A stretch of DNA of 64,000 nt, taken from Tubulanus polymorphus (Eukaryota; Animalia; Nemertea). Where the stretch lies: contig NC_134026.1 of NCBI RefSeq assembly GCF_964204645.1, positions 21,176,150 through 21,240,149 on the forward strand, in the 5' to 3' direction. The position numbers and the translations under genes are program-made. The first letter of the stretch is position 1. Every line of letters starts with the position of its first letter. Below are positions 13,727 to 29,176 of this stretch, in pieces. Under the pieces are notes generated by a model that saw only the letters and a program-made list of their open reading frames with translations, was not told the DNA's origin and ran no database searches.

Positions 13727-14286
13727 ATATGCGAATTCGTAAACACGTTGAATAGTAGATAAATTTCATATTTAGCCATACTTTGTCACCAGATATTGAG
13801 TCCATATTCCATCTGAAATTGGATTGGACTCGAATATCACCCAACTCTGAGATAAGGTGCAGATCTGACGAAGAAGTTACTTCCGTGATATGTATCATTG
13901 ACGATTCGAACGCGGTGATATGCTTGATCTAATAAAGCATTCAATGGGCTTTATATTGACACACGTCGCCAAAGGGCATCCCAATTGACCAATCTGTCAA
14001 ACAGACGCCGGTAAATATGAAAGCGGCCCATTTGAAACTTAACGGGGATGGGTAGAGACTGATAACAGAGCCGAGCTTCATCCTCTTTCAACTTCGGTTG
14101 CCCAGTGGACGTTGACAGGACTGTAGTTGATAAAAGCACCTGGGGAATGCTAAGTTTCCCGCCTGTCCATGAGGTGACTTCGTTTAGCGATCGCCACAGC
14201 TTCCTTGTCAGAGTTTGGCTGAACAGGCTGTTAACAAGACTCCTCTCGCACATTACCGTGGAGGATCATACAAACTCCAGTTAACT

Positions 14287-14624
14287 CATCCTCCCCCGGC
14301 AGGGATTCGAACCTGACGTCATCGAGACCTGCCACATTACGTCGTTACGAAACCCTGCCACGCTAGACCGAGTGCGCAGTTCAACGCGCAGCTTGGATGA
14401 TGTCATTATTAGTCAATCAGATATCCTGTTTTATTCTAGCCCGGTTTTCCCATCGATCGTCTTCCGTGAAATCTACCTCAGCGATTATACAACGAGCAAT
14501 CTGATTGGTGCCGCAAGTTCTCACGCGGTTAACCTGCGCATGTACCTGCGCACCCGATCTAGTGTGGCGTGGGTTCGTGAGTGTTGCGACGCCATCAGGT
14601 TCTAATCCCTGCCGAGGGAGGATG
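14287..14624 (+). mobile_element. B-box-TIR MITE family, copy 1
   Basis: catcctcccccggcagggattcgaacctga ... tcaggttctaatccctgccgagggaggatg; core homologous to 59678-59998. Confidence 0.85.
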
Positions 14625-16792
14625 CAGTTACCCGTGTCTCTTTTTTTATCTTGAAATAGGGATTGTCCCTGTTATTTATTTGGTTGATAAATTTCGTTTG
14701 ATTTTTGATTGAGTGTCCCTTACAGACCCACCACACGCCGGGAGCGTAACAGGGGGTTTGATTTTGAAATCGGAAATTGAAGTACAGATATAGTTGTCTG
14801 ATCGGCGGTCAAGTTTACAAAAGTTTTTTGTTTAAATCGAAGTACATAATTGGGAAATTCGGTTCCGGTTCATTCAAACAATCTTCCATTCAGTCTGAAC
14901 CGGCAAGCGACTGATTGGGGTGAATTTTCTTTGCTGCCTAATCTAATACATCGAAATTTTAATTTTTTGTCGTTTTCGACGTGTAGATAGTCCGATTGTT
15001 TATTGTAGTTTTTTCTCGGGTAGATGTTGATGTAGAAGTCCTCTAAGTTGATTGTCCCGCGTGTTGACTAGATAGAAAGGAGTGCCTTTAAAGCAAGCGG
15101 TCTCTGAGATTTTGCGCACGGTACACGATATTCTCGTCCTGGGCGGAGAAGTTAAGTTTTTTTCACACAAGAATTTTGCAGATACTTTTCAAAACAAATA
15201 CGAAATGCACGAAAGAAGAATTAATTCTTTTATTGCCAAGTACCGACACTGACAGAAAAGACTAATACTGTTTTACTGAAATACATTAGTTTCTAAAAAG
15301 CACGAAGATGAAACGGACTGAAAAAATACCCGGAATTGATCATACTGTGAACGAAACACGTCCAAAGCCCCAATTGTATTTGTCTCGCCTAAGTGTATAA
15401 TTGCATAAAAGAATATTTTATTCTGAAGTTATCCTGATACAAACATTTGTATCGAAGTTCAAAAGATTTCGATTATCTGTAGGAGGATGTCGCAAAGACG
15501 GAAAGTCCTCATTAAAAAGTAATATTACGAATTGAAAATGATCTCGTCAAAGGTTACATTATGCAGACGGAAATGATGTCCATTACAAAATGTTTCTTCG
15601 GGATAAAACAATAAATAAAAGATCACCCTGCGAAAAGATTTCGTTTCGGCGTCTTCGAAGCAGTTTCCTTTTCCGAACACGATTAAGCGGGATAACCACA
15701 ATGAAACGTGATAGAAAATGTATATAAGACGAGGTATAGTCTTTAAAAGCAAATTTATTCATCAAATTAGAATGACTGCGAGATCGTGGATGGGTTGGAT
15801 GATCGCACATCCATTGAGGCAACGGTCATCTCAACAGGAATTCACGGGGAAAATACAACCCGGCAGTAATTCTTTTATTTCCAAAGACGGAACACCTTGC
15901 TTATCGGTTTCAAAAAAAAAGATTGTCTTTTTGGTACAAAACAAAACCTTATAGGAATATTCTCTATGATTCATTCTCATTTCAAATATTTCAGACGATT
16001 GTAAAACCTGATTTCTAGTTGAAAGCAGGTTTTACCTTTATTCAAGAATTAGCTGGCCGGCAGATCGTATTTTGTCGGATTTATGGACAAAGAAGAACGT
16101 GGTTGCTTAGCTACAGAAATCTGCGATTGTTTCCACTTTCACTCAAAGCCAGCTCGAGATCTTTCTTCGTTGAAATGTTGTATCATGAATAGTCCCCAGG
16201 AGAAGGAATTTGTGTCATCGTTATGCACTCGAGACAACCCCCAAAAGCCTTTTTGGTGTGCTTTATTCACCCGAAATTTGACATTTTATGATCTCGCATT
16301 TCGTTCGTTGGGAATGGTGACTTAGAGCACGTCTTCGACGGTCCTTAATTACCAAATTAATATGTCCAGGGTCAATGTCAAACAATCACCGGCAGAATTG
16401 ACCGACATCTGTGCAATTAGTTATCGTACCCAGAGTTTACAGCATTTACAGTCGCCTTTACGTAGATGTGGTTCAAAAGAGATCTACGAAAAACAATCTG
16501 CTGATAGAAAATTGAGAATGAATACCAAATTCATACGATCTACAATTCGCTCTGTTTGACGTGTACAAGAAAATGACTTGGTGTTCGTACAAGGCTGGGT
16601 TAATAGATAAAGCCACCACTGATTTATTTGCGAGTAGGGAATCGAAATGCGTTTCACTCGAGGGACTTCCGGTTTTGTAGCCAGGCAGATTTACGTATCA
16701 ATTGTTGCTTGGAAATACGTCAGCTTCAGCAGCCTCAGAGAATGACCGCCCTTGGTCGGTATGAATAATATTTAGTCAAACGTTTTGTGACG

Positions 16793-16906
16793 CAGGATCC
16801 AGTTCCACAGTTGTGAGTTAGAGTTAACTCTGAGTTAAAATTAGTTCATTTTCAATGTTTTAACTCAGGGTCAAATCTTAACTCACAACTGTGGAACTGG
16901 GTCCTG
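16793..16906. mobile_element. PIF/Harbinger-like palindromic MITE at a CWG site
   Basis: caggatccagttccacagttgtgagtta ... taactcacaactgtggaactgggtcctg (28-bp arms, 1 mismatch), with internal gagttaa/ttaactc repeats. Confidence 0.8.
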
Positions 16907-16966
16907 GTTGTTATCATGTCATCATAAACGTTGTAAAACGTTTGATGTCGTCTTCTGAACTTGTTC

Positions 16967-17037
16967 GGGATTCGAACCTAATTGACGTTCGTGTTTTGCC
17001 AAGATACATTGAGGTTCGAATCCTTGCGTGAGGGATC
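16967..17037. mobile_element. Possible internally deleted mini-copy of the B-box-TIR MITE family
   Basis: gggattcgaacct ... aggttcgaatcc inverted pair about 30 bp apart. Confidence 0.45.
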
Positions 17038-19901
17038 TTAAAGACTATCGTCTGCTATAGTAAGTAGTTTTTTCATCGGCTATTATCGATGCCATCGTGT
17101 AAAGACTCATTGGTGAGATATCGCGCTTAAGTGGAGGCAGCTGAATTGTAATTGGCAATAAAATGAAGCAGAGACATACTTAGAATACATTAACACCACC
17201 AACGGCGGGAAATTGAGGTTTACGACCCTCCAGCCCATGTTTAGTGTTCGCTGGCTCTCTCGGCGGAAGCCCTACAGAGTTAATTTGGTAATAGAGTCAT
17301 CTAGGAAATCAAAGTCCCAGATTCGGCTTTGGCCATTCTCCTTACTTATAACTTGTGGCGAGCATTAAATCACCGCGCAATTTGCAATAATGGCTCTTGG
17401 TAGTCAAACCGGGACAGATCAATCGCTTCCTGTAAATTGTGGTGCTCACCGAAATGTACTTGTTGACTAACCTTATTATTGCGATACCTGCAAAAAACTG
17501 TGCTAAGTGAAGCACTCATCTACGATTTGGTGCTAACTCCAGAATTGCCACGACGCGCCATAAATACCGCATTAGGCCGATGTTATCAAACTTATTTGAT
17601 TATCCGATTAGCGATAGGCCCCATAGACCACCTGACTCGTACGGTAACGAATGGTAGGGAAAAACTACGTGAGATTTTTGAAAAACGTGATCTGAAATCG
17701 GGTTTTAGAGCACACCACGTTACGCACCTAGAACACACCGCCTCTCAACAACGTTTTTCTGGAGCGATTAGTTTTCGATTCGTCGCAATCGAGAACTGAT
17801 CCGTGACTCATAATCTCACAGCGCAAGATACTCTCGGGATTTCACTTGACTTAAAATTCAGCACTTCATATTGCTTCTGTAATATTCCACCTTCGGGGGA
17901 AAACAGAGAACCACGCACAGCGATGATCGTCGCCGCTAAGATGCTTATAGAGCACGCATGGGGCATTCTCCTCTGATTCACGGCAACCGTCGATGAATTT
18001 ATTGCCAGTGTCTAAAATCATGTCATGATGCGAAAAGCTCTTATAGTTTCTCATATTTCAGATGGATGCATCTTTACGAAATTGGTATCTGTGTATTTTA
18101 CCGATTTCGTCTTTGTCGCGGCTCGGGCGTGCTTATCAAGCTGAAACGCTCGTCCGTCTGTCTGGATTACAAATGATCCTATTACACACAGGATAACGCA
18201 CGAACGTTCGAGAAAAAGGGATCAACGCCCCCAGTCCGTCTGGAGACGAATAGGATGATTTTGATGGACTCGTCGGCTAAATTGTCGAGATATTCGGTAG
18301 TTTATTTGATATAGTATCCGTCGCATGAAATGTCTGCCAAAGCCGGATCCAGTGAAAGCGTTTCGAGCTCGCCGTGTTTGATAAAAGTTTCCTTCTAAAA
18401 CTTACGACAATATTGTTTACTGACTGTCTACCCAAAGATACATCTAATGTTGCATTGCGTCATGTCTTACAATGCCATTCGCCTGAGATAATCGTTGACA
18501 GTAAACCAATCCTGATTACATAATTAAAGATTAATTCATCATCCTCGCGGTATGGCGGGTGCTGTCATTATTGAAAAATCTCTGATATTTTTCCGGCTGC
18601 TTTCGAAGAGGAGTGTGCTTATTGCCAGAAATAACGTATTAGGATTTTTTTCATCGAGAGAGAATATTTTCATCAAATTTCCACGCTGCGATTTATGTCA
18701 CTCAAACAGCGTTGTGAGAGAGCATTTATACATCGCCATTTTGGCCATCTCGCAGTCCTACTTTGTCTATGCTTTAAAGTGTCGTTAGTGCCAGTACTCG
18801 TCAACACGATGCACTCGCGTCGTTTGCCAATTAGGAAACGTCTCCCGATATATTTCAGCAATGATGATGCCTGTCTTCTTTAATTTTGCCAAGCTCATTG
18901 CCACTAATTAAGCAGATTTTCATACGTATCCCCTCGCGGCATTTGCATCGCGATTTCAGCAAAAGCGGTTATTTGTTTCGTTGGTTAAACAACCATGCGG
19001 AGCAAAGCTGTATAAACACAGGTCCATTACGCAGACGTAGCAATTATTCGTTTCAAATGCGGCCGTTTACGCGCGCTCTCTCGTCTCTCTGTAAAGGCAG
19101 AACATTTTTTAAGAAAATTGAAATGGCTTTTTTCGAATCCATATCAGTTTCGCGAAAACACGGTTTTCGAAGTTGCAGATATAAAAGCCCTGGTCCAATT
19201 TCGACGTATCGGCAAAAACGGGGAATCGAAGTAGATACGCCAAAAACAACAATATCAGCCGGTATACTCTGCCCTTGTATCTGGATCGTCTAACTAGCGG
19301 TTATCTCGTGTCTGCTCGCTCGTCTCAGAAATGGATTTTTTCTGCGGGAGTTCCGGTCGACCATCGACTGGACAAATTACCCTTACGCGTCGAGACTAAG
19401 CGCGAGTAACAGAGCGTGTTATACTTCGTCGGAAATAATGCGATGTTTAATTCGACATTCTTGCAATCAAAAGTGTGACTTTCTTTCGCCGACACAGGAT
19501 GACACATCCAATCTTGTGCCGGCGGCGCCGAGTAGATTTATGGTAATACCTTCTGTAGAGTAATTCTAATGGATTATAGAGTTTCTATAACTGGTATTAG
19601 TGGTCATAATTCCCGGCTGAATCAATATCAAACATTGAGATAGAGAGTCGTTTTTCGATTTCCGACGTACATGTATATATATCTATTGTCTGTAAAAGCG
19701 ATAAAAACTTGTTAGAATCATCAATCATTTAGACGTTAGATTGATTAATTTTTCACTTTCTTCTTTACCTGACATCGAGACTCGTTACTTCCGTATTGTC
19801 TTCCGAAGGGGAAAACATGCATAGTTAATTCTGTGCCTGATAGGGGATTGCCCTGCGAATAAAAGGAATCAATAAACCAAGTGATAATTACATTTGAAGA
19901 A

Positions 19902-20040
19902 AATAATACTAATAATAATGATAATAGAAGTAGAAATTTTTAAATACTACTAATAATAATCATTACGATAATAATAATAAATTATAATAATAATAATTAT
20001 AATAATGATAATAGTATATGATAATAATAATAGAATATAA
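19902..20040. repeat. Degenerate (AAT)n microsatellite
   Basis: Long run of aat/aataat units. Confidence 0.85.
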
Positions 20041-23038
20041 TTTTACGTTATAGGGTGATAGATTAAAAGTAATGTTTACAACGAACGCCTGACACCACGT
20101 GATGACGAAAGAGTCCGCAGCGTTGGACAGAGACGAAGATCCATGTTAGGACATGCGGATATATACCTGCCCAGAATAAGGGAATAAAGAGGGAGGGGTG
20201 GTTTACGTAAGATAAAGCAAAGTAAAAGTACGTACGCAGAACCAGAAGGAAATTACTTCTTCGTCGGTCAGTCACGGTTCATCTACCAAGTACACAGGAA
20301 GTGTCAGCAGTATTGGCGGTCACGCAAAGGTTGCAGTTGGTGTGTTGGCTAATTAGAGGAGCAATTCTCATCTCATTACTTCTCACCCATCATACTCGAG
20401 CTCGCGACTGTCGCGTCAATCTCGGAATTCCCGTAGACAAATGAATAGGGGTCATTATTGGAAATTATTAATAATTGAATCTGGCTTCTCTAATTGCTTC
20501 GTTAACTATAATCGTCAATGTGTACGTATTGGCCACCGTCGCTGTCGAATACCTGTTGAGAATTCCTGACAAGGTTATTAACAGGAAACACCGGTCCTCG
20601 GCCGCATAGCGAGCTAATTAAGCCGGCATGTTGGCTTGGGGGCAGATGGTGAGTTAAGACCATATAAATGTCGATAATTGAATGGATCCCTCCGCGACTA
20701 CAACTTCAATCATGTCCTCCCTTCATAAGGATAGATTTTGCACCTTGCGTTTACGAACCCTATAGTCGAGCGGGGTCCGTATCGCATTTCGATCAGTCAA
20801 TGCTTCAACGATCCAAAACAAAACAATTGAAGCCATATTCACGCATTTGTGTAAACAAGTGCTCTTACCGTCCTGTGCAAGGACTACTTCAGATATTCCA
20901 TAATAATACTTAAAACAAAACGTGACATTATTAAGTCATAGATCTCAGTGTATAGATACGTACATGGCTTCGGTTTTTTCAAGTATTTTTGCGAACTCAA
21001 CACCATTCCGCGTACGCGTTGCCCTGCTCGATAGCGAGAGCACGGCTCCGATCGAAACTGACAACAGCCGTTGATTTGATTATTTCATTTGTTAAGTATA
21101 CGAATCGAGGCGCCTGTGACTTTCGAATGATTCAATTATTCATACACCGAAGAAGTACACCGAATGAAAAATGACATTTCGACAGCGATAAACCGCGGTT
21201 AATGTGCGAATAGTTTTTGCTCGGTGTGTTTTTCGTTTCCGATGAGATTACGTTATATCGATAGCGTGCAGACTAGAGACTGTTTCGCTGGTCGACGGCT
21301 GTTTATTCAGAATTTTTGCTGAAATTTATAGCGCAGCGAGCGCCCTACCGCCGTCGTATTTTCGAATCAGACCAGGATCATCAGTCGTTACATAAGGGTA
21401 TCAATGTTCGACGTGCGCGACGCAGCTCCGGGAACGTAATTTTTCATCTTCGATTTACCACATGTCCCATTCCCTTGGTAGCAACCATACCGGATGAAAT
21501 ATTCTCAGTAAAGATTTCCTCGCAAAGATGAAGTGCAGTATATCTCACCGCATTTCGGGGTGTAAACGAGACATTGCGCTATACGATGAATGGTTGTGCC
21601 ACGCCATACAACAACGAGCGTACCGCCGGAGACGCGTATTGACACACGGGATGGAGCAAATAGTCCCCCCGTAATGAGCACAGTTAATTCTGTTTGGTAT
21701 TGCTAAACAAATACACCAAAGAAAATTTCCACTGTAATCAGACTGTGATTCCCATAAAAGACGCTACAACGCCAATGAAAATGTGCGGAGAGAACGAAGG
21801 AAATAGACTGGCGGTAGATAATGAATGGCCTTGACCTTTCGTGCAATGGGCGAAATAGAATGAGCGACAAACAAAATTGTTCCGTTTTAGAGAAATTTTT
21901 CCCCATCCATCACACGTGTAAAAGGAACGATCTTATTGACGCTGAAGAACTTAATAGATATCTTAAATTGGAAGAAAAATTCGCTAATTAATCACTTTCC
22001 GTTTTGGACAAGACGCTGAGTAAATTTTTTGCAGAATCGACGTAAGAAACCGGCGAAGACATTCGATATTCAATAGCTGCTGGTTTTCGCAGCTATTGAA
22101 TCTGCGCATTATATATGGTTCTAATGATGATTATCATCTTCGACCTCGTTATCTTAATAGCGTAAAGATTTCCGAATGCGAAAATCCAATCAACCCTCCA
22201 GTTCCTGGTGCTCGGCAGACGAACGAACGAGCGCCGAGTGAGTGAACGCGACAAGATTTATTTCAGGAGACAATTTTATCTCGGCGTTATTGAGTGTTAA
22301 GTCTGCAGATAGGCGCCGATAATTTCCGTTGAAATGCCATGAAATCCATTTCTTTAACAGAAATGAACGCAATTTCCAGTCATCGTGGCAATTCCGTTCA
22401 CATACATACGTGTACTACCTTGGGGAAATATGGAGCACGCGTATTCTTAAACGCCTCGGCGGAATTGTCGCAAACTATACAGAAATAAACGCCACGTGTC
22501 TCCTCCGAGCTGAAAGGATGAAATCGCCGATCGCTTTGTACACGACGATTTTACAATCCCCCCAACGACCGTATTAAGTTTTCAGTACATCTCTTTACCC
22601 AGAGGGCCGGTGGTTAATTCGATTCACTAGCTCTCCGATCGCCGACTTGCGATATGATTTATTGCCCGTTGAGGTGGGAAGAGCATAATATCCCTGTTGG
22701 GACATAATGAAATATCGGTTACAGCAGAGATCAACACTTCAGCAGCAGTACCCGGCGGAATCGGTCGGTGTCTTACAGGGGTAGGATGTTAATTTTACAA
22801 ATGAACGCTTGATACCTCTAAGAGGATATTAATGCGACTCACGTTTAGCGCGGTATTTCATAACTAAGTCAACAGCTACCAGAATAGTAGGGGTGTCAAG
22901 CGCAAAGGATGTAATGGAGATGTCGGCCTTGCGTCTCGGTCATCATTGATATTTCCTCCATTGTTTTTCAGTCGAGCATTATCAACGCCTTTTCTACAAT
23001 TACTATACACCCGACAACTTAAAGCATATACAGCAGGA

Positions 23039-23342
23039 CCGTGGCGGATTCAGGGGGTGCGCGACCCCCTTTTTCGACCACGTGACCTTTGAATTTCCTC
23101 ACCAAGATTTATGTTTAGAAAATGGTGAAATTGTGAGCATATTTCATTCCATGTTTTAACCAGGAAAGTGCTCAGAATGCACCTGGATGTATCTAACTTT
23201 TCAAACATTTTTTTGGGAGGGCACACTAGACCCTCACTTTTGGCTGATGACGACTGCGTTGTCATAACGGGCCACAAACGCATGTTAGTAGTGACCCAAT
23301 TATCCATGTGCGACCCCCTGTCCAAAAGCTAGATGCATCCTG
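23039..23342. mobile_element. hAT-like MITE (CAGTGGCGGATCCAG-type)
   Basis: ccgtggcggattcagggggtgcgcgaccccct ... tgcgaccccctgtccaaaagctagat; internal ctcagaatgcacc..tctaacttttcaaacattttt motif. Possible 8-bp TSD cagcagga / ctgcagga. Confidence 0.6.
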
Positions 23343-23651
23343 CAGGAAATATCCTTTTTGAACTATCGTACTTAGTAAAATGGCTGAGCTAAGTTGAGAT
23401 TTGTTTTCCGATGAGATGAAGCTGTATTGTGAAATAACATGTGACAATATCTACGTCACGGTAAAGACAAAGCACACGTAGTCGAATAATTCGATAAGGA
23501 ATTACCTTTACAGTTTTCACTAGTTAATTCGCTAAAAACTAAAACAGCCCACGCAGATCATTTTCCGTCGCCTGAAATGAAGACTGTAAAATGAATCGTC
23601 CCTCGTTGCGCGTGAATGCGATGAAAAAAATGTATACATTTTGTATGCATA

Positions 23652-23817
<166 letters not shown>

Positions 23818-26056
23818 AAGGAGGCAACGTTGGCGTTCGAAACACAATGACATTTGTTTTCTGCGTGTCGTCGTTAATTATCATCTTCGACTATCTGTCA
23901 CTACATGCAGCTGTAATTATTTCTATTTCGTTTGGTGAAAAGGTGTGTTTTCGTCTCCACGGTTAGTCTTGTTCGCCTTTGTCGTTTGCGACGGTGCGCT
24001 TGCCGCGATTTTCTTTTCTTTAAAAAATTGCCTAATTGGAACTAATTTCGCTTGGAAAATTGCATTGCTGCTGACGGCAGTTGACTTTCCCCCGACGTCG
24101 GCTCAAACACGCGCGTAACAATTAGCTTTATGCTTGGCCGAAAAACAGGTCTTTCCGAGTTTTCACTATTATGAAAACCCCCGGACTTACGAGGCAAAAT
24201 CGATGCGAAATCGGGCGACTTGATATGTAATGTTTGATATAAATTGCATCAAGATGGCGTATACTCAAATGCAAAAATACCACCTCGATCGAAACGAATA
24301 TTTTTTGCGCGATCCTCTAAATATAGCCCAAATAGTTTTCTTCCGTTGGCTACACACGGAATCTGTTTTCTTTCAAGATTACATGCTTGATTACTAATTT
24401 CAATGGTATCGACTTATTGCGGAAAGCTACAGTATTAGCCATTCGTAAGCTAAACATCAAAAATGTGTATGGATTCCCGATAATCACCGACAGTTAACCG
24501 ATGAAAGCAGACGTGAAACCGCAAAGAAACCGAAATGATCAATAATAACCAACAGTGTTGTAACTTCATACATTCCCCGTTCCTCAATTGGCTAAATAAA
24601 CCATTCCCGATTGGATGGCAGAGGCCCAGTGCCGATCAAATGTAAAGATAGTAACCGAAATTGATTTTTCAATAACGTTGGGTGGAACCGCGGTATTTTT
24701 TCTGTCATTAACGAGGCCACCCTATAGCTTCTTCTTCGACACGACGTACATAAGCAAAAATTCAGCAGATAAAAAACACGTATAAAGATATTGCATCTGG
24801 TGTTAGCGTGTAATTGCCATTGCACACCCTGGACCCGTATCGACACCTAATTGCGAAAACTCGAGATCCGTGGCCGCCGCGTTGACCACGAAATACGTCC
24901 AATTTGACACCTTTTCGCGCAAGTAATCGCCATCCAATTATCACAAGCACCTGCTGAATTGCCATTGCTTGTCACTCGCGCAGGCTAATTACTCGAAGTC
25001 ATCCTGGCGACCTTTTCAACTTTCCAACAAATGTAAACTTCTCGACGCTTGCCTGCGCAAAAAAGTACCCGTAATAAGCAAACATACCGCTTGTTACCGC
25101 TACCAGTTTTGCGCATGTTTGGGTGTAAAAATGGGTTATGGAACCTGTAAAGAAACGTATGAGAAACGCATTTCATACTATGCATTTTGGACTTATAAGT
25201 ATTCGGTAATATGCTTGACTTTAGCTCGTATAGGTATCGATCTTTTTTGCTCGGCTAGAGAAGACAAATTCGCGAGAGTATACATATTTGAATTTACTTA
25301 CTTGGGACTTAATTAGCATTAGTAGATTTACGTGCTTGTTGATGCGACGCATTTGCATTCAGTGCTAATGAAAGGAAAAACACATGTCTTAAATTAAGAC
25401 GCCATTTCTGCGTAGACTTGATGAATGACTGGTGTGACGGGAAACACGGTGTCGTTCTGGTGGCTTCAAACACGAAATTAATTCGGTCGTTTCCTTGTTT
25501 TCGGCTCGTTTTTGAAAAATAAGAAATGACTCCAAGATCAGGCGTTCTGCATAAACTTCCATTAATTCGCCATTAAGACTACAAGTCTTGACTTGTTAAT
25601 TATGTTAGCCCTACCTATCGGCGGTGACTAGAGGAACATGGTTTTTACGGCACCGATCCTGATGTGGCTACAAATTAGAATCTTTACCGTGAATTAGATT
25701 GGCGATATAGGAAAGTGCCAGCGCGTTAGTCGCAGGAAGCCGGGCATTTTTGCCGTTAATTTACAGGCGTATACGCAGTATAGTAATACCCATTTACAAG
25801 ATCACAGACTTAACGAAGCGACAGTATCAATGGAGCGAACACCCTATTAATCCTGATGAATTTCACACATATTCACGGCACGAAATCGTGCAATCACTAA
25901 ACGTACTCCAGTTTCTGGTCGGTCCCACTCAGGAAAAAATTTTTTAACCCACCCCGCCGTTAAGTGAAACCTCGGAAGAGGAGTTTTTTCGCCGCTTTAC
26001 GTACGATATTATATAAACGCCCTCATGTCAACGAAGAATGACTTCTATACTTGTAG

Positions 26057-26121
26057 GTCTCCTGCGCTGCTGTTCAGACTTAGCCGATCGATCATACCCA
26101 AAGGTGAACTGGTTTTTTACG
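26057..26121 (+). other. Candidate non-coding 5'-UTR exon (or first exon after TATATAAA at about 26010)
   Basis: cttctatacttgtag/g acceptor and acg/gtaagt donor. Confidence 0.3.
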
Positions 26122-29100
26122 GTAAGTTGATATTCTTTATGTGTTTATGAAACACGTTTTTTTTAATAAATATCATTCATCCCCTATGGGCTTAGCACTT
26201 CCCAAATTGATTTGAAAATTCTCTGAAATTAATACAATGTATATACGTTTATCGAATTTCTTAAATGTGTCATCCTTGTCGCTTTTACGGCTGTTTGCAC
26301 GTCGCATGTCAAATCCTCGATAGGCGCAGACGATGTTTACGTGGCAAGAGCTTACCGAGCTAGTTTGAAAAGATATTTATAGTGCCGTGAAGGGACAATT
26401 TCAATCTATCTCGAAATTAGCAGTGCGCTTGAGAATGGATTTACGGCCTGGCGGGTTTTGTTATTGCGCGTATCGGCATCTGATACCCCGGCGTTTGAGT
26501 AATATATGAGATCTGTACAGATAATAACTAGGCGAACTGTAGGGTGTGGCGTTGTCAGATAAATAAATACTGTTATACGCGGCTCGCACGAAATTGTGAT
26601 GAACACGAAACATCGTAAAATGGTCATTAATTTCATCATCGTCATCAATCGGGAACGACTTTGATGTAAAGCGAATGAGTTTTAACGAGTGGCTGTTTGA
26701 ATTACGCTTTCGATAGGGTCGATTAAATCGAGTTCACTAAGGCCTTTTAAGTATACTAAGCACCGATTTTTTCAAGGAAAAAATTGGAGGGCGAAGGGAA
26801 AAATATTCAAAAGAAAATAACATTTTTTCTATTATACGTTTCAAAATGGAAGGAAGAGAAAAAAAATAAAGATAATTTTTTCATTATTTGAGTGTATTCC
26901 ACATAAAACTGCGGAAGGATTGCATGAATAAAAAGAGTGGAAATTGTGATGGATTTTGATTCAAACGATGGGAGAAATGATAAAAGCAAACTTTTAGCAA
27001 ATCATGAGATTGAAAATTAAGGTGAACAATAACTTTAACACGTTACTGGATTGAAAATCAAGACGGGCATAACAATTTTTTTGTTAGAAAATGTTGGTGA
27101 AAACGCGGAGCACTAAGAAATGAATTCGTTTCTAATTAAATGGTATTTGCAAAATTCTGGGGGGGGCGGATCCGTGCTCCAAGTAATTAAAAAAATGCCT
27201 TTAGGTCGACGGTTTTTCGGAAAGAGGAACTATTACCGTATAGGTGACGCATCGACGATACGGTGATTATGGAGGGACCAACCAAACCGACAAAATTTTT
27301 CAGTTTTTATTTTGTGGTAACACGTTGTCAACCATTGATCATAATTTTTCTTATGGCCCTTATTGTCTATTCTTATATTCACCCTTGCATATATTGACAC
27401 TTAGGCGCTTTGCTTGGTTAATCGTGTATTTGTGCTCGCTTTTGTTTTTTTTCTTTAATAAAGATGAATGGTAAAAAAAATTATGGAGGTTTCATGAAAT
27501 TTCATGCCATCTCAGGAAATCGATATCACGTAAACTTTTTGTATAAGTGTTTGCATCGTCTTCCGCGCCGCGTGAATCCGGTCTTTTTTCCATTCGAAAA
27601 CAACCTTCAAAGTCAAATCATCGATGACAGCTTCTATCGCAAAACTGACTACTAGTCCTCGCAGCGATTTTCATAACCTCTGGTTGAATGAATTTTACAT
27701 CGGAGACGCGCTGAAAACCCGATCATCGCGAGTTGCTGCGCGCATATTATGAAAATGAGAATTATCAAGTTAAAACTGAATACGTCGGCGCTAAAAGCCA
27801 TCGTCCGTAGAAATAAGCGTAGTAAAGGTTGATCGATGTTTATAGTATACCAGTATTCACTTATAATTTGGTTGTTACATGATAGCATTATAGATAATAT
27901 ATAATTTACAGTGAAAAAATGCAACAAGAAAATGTGGGCTAAACAGAGAGCTCACAAGAATTTATCGGAGGCGTGCCACCCAAAAAATACATTCATTCAT
28001 GGAAGTTCATATAGTATAGAATCCGATAACAATCTAAAGAACTATTGCACAAATCAATGTACAAGTAATACATAATCACGAAGCATTGAGGAACTTTTTT
28101 TAGAATTCTCTTTGAAATTCTGGAAGACTGGGAGATGTACGAATCGATTTTGGATGAGTGTTTCCGAGAAGTGCGGAAATCTTTAATGCGAATTGTCTAA
28201 AATTAGTTTTAAAAACAATCGATAAAGGTGTAAATAATTACGATAGAAATATCATGGGTGTATGACTAGCGTTGAACGTGGATATATCAAGAAAGTTAGA
28301 AAAGAATGAAAAAATCTCTTAACTGATAAGCCGAGTGGATGATATTACATTTGCTGAAAATAGTTCAGTACTAATTGCCTGAGCCCATCGAGAGATTTAC
28401 ATCGCGAGATATTCGTCTCAAATCTCAATAAATATATTCGTTCATCCGGCTCTTACAGGTGAAAATACGAATATCTTTTAGGCCGTGCAAGATCATTAAA
28501 AATCGCACGCGGCTTACGCGCGAACAAAAAATCATATGGACACTAAATCCGAGGATTACGCCGAAGTTAATCTGTAACTCACGCAGCAAATGCCATCTCA
28601 TCGTGACATTACAAAAACGTGCATAATCTCAATATTGCTTCTCTTCAGAAGTCTTGAGATGGGTTTTTTAACCGAAAATTCAGCGTTATTGGCTTCGGCT
28701 GTGGGCTATCGCAAAATGTTATCGACCAAGATTTCTCATTCATGTATGTCGTAGATATTGGCTTCCAAATCCCTGTAAGTTCGACATATAATGTTCGCAA
28801 TATCAAAATCAACTATTTGATTGTATAATTATTAGTATTACTATTTACCACATTTGGTACCTTATTCAATAAAGCATTTCTCTAAGGTACTTACATAAAA
28901 CATTGATAGATAACAAAAGTGTGGCTAATCAAAAGCTCGAATAAAAAGGTTTAAGAGCTGACCTAAATTGTAAAAACATTTTTCCAAACTATCAGGTAAA
29001 GAACAGTAACATTCCAAACTTTAAAAGATCTGACACCATGGTATGATTTTGCAAACGGACAGCAAAGAATTTTCACTTGACGAACGAAGTGATCTGATAG

Positions 29101-29176
29101 GAATACATTCTCTGAATACGTCAATATGCTGTTACGCATATACGACAAGCAGAACAACCACCAGCCGATTGGACTT

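Noticed and set aside
13951-14253. Minus-strand ORF; another frame gives KEAVAIAKRSHLMDR, faintly like the C-terminus of a Penelope GIY-YIG domain
   Set aside because: Similarity too short and interrupted by stops to support without a profile search.
20085-20275. Possible solo LTR with a tggtgtcag PBS-like motif on the minus strand
   Set aside because: No TG..CA boundaries, TSD or second LTR could be identified.
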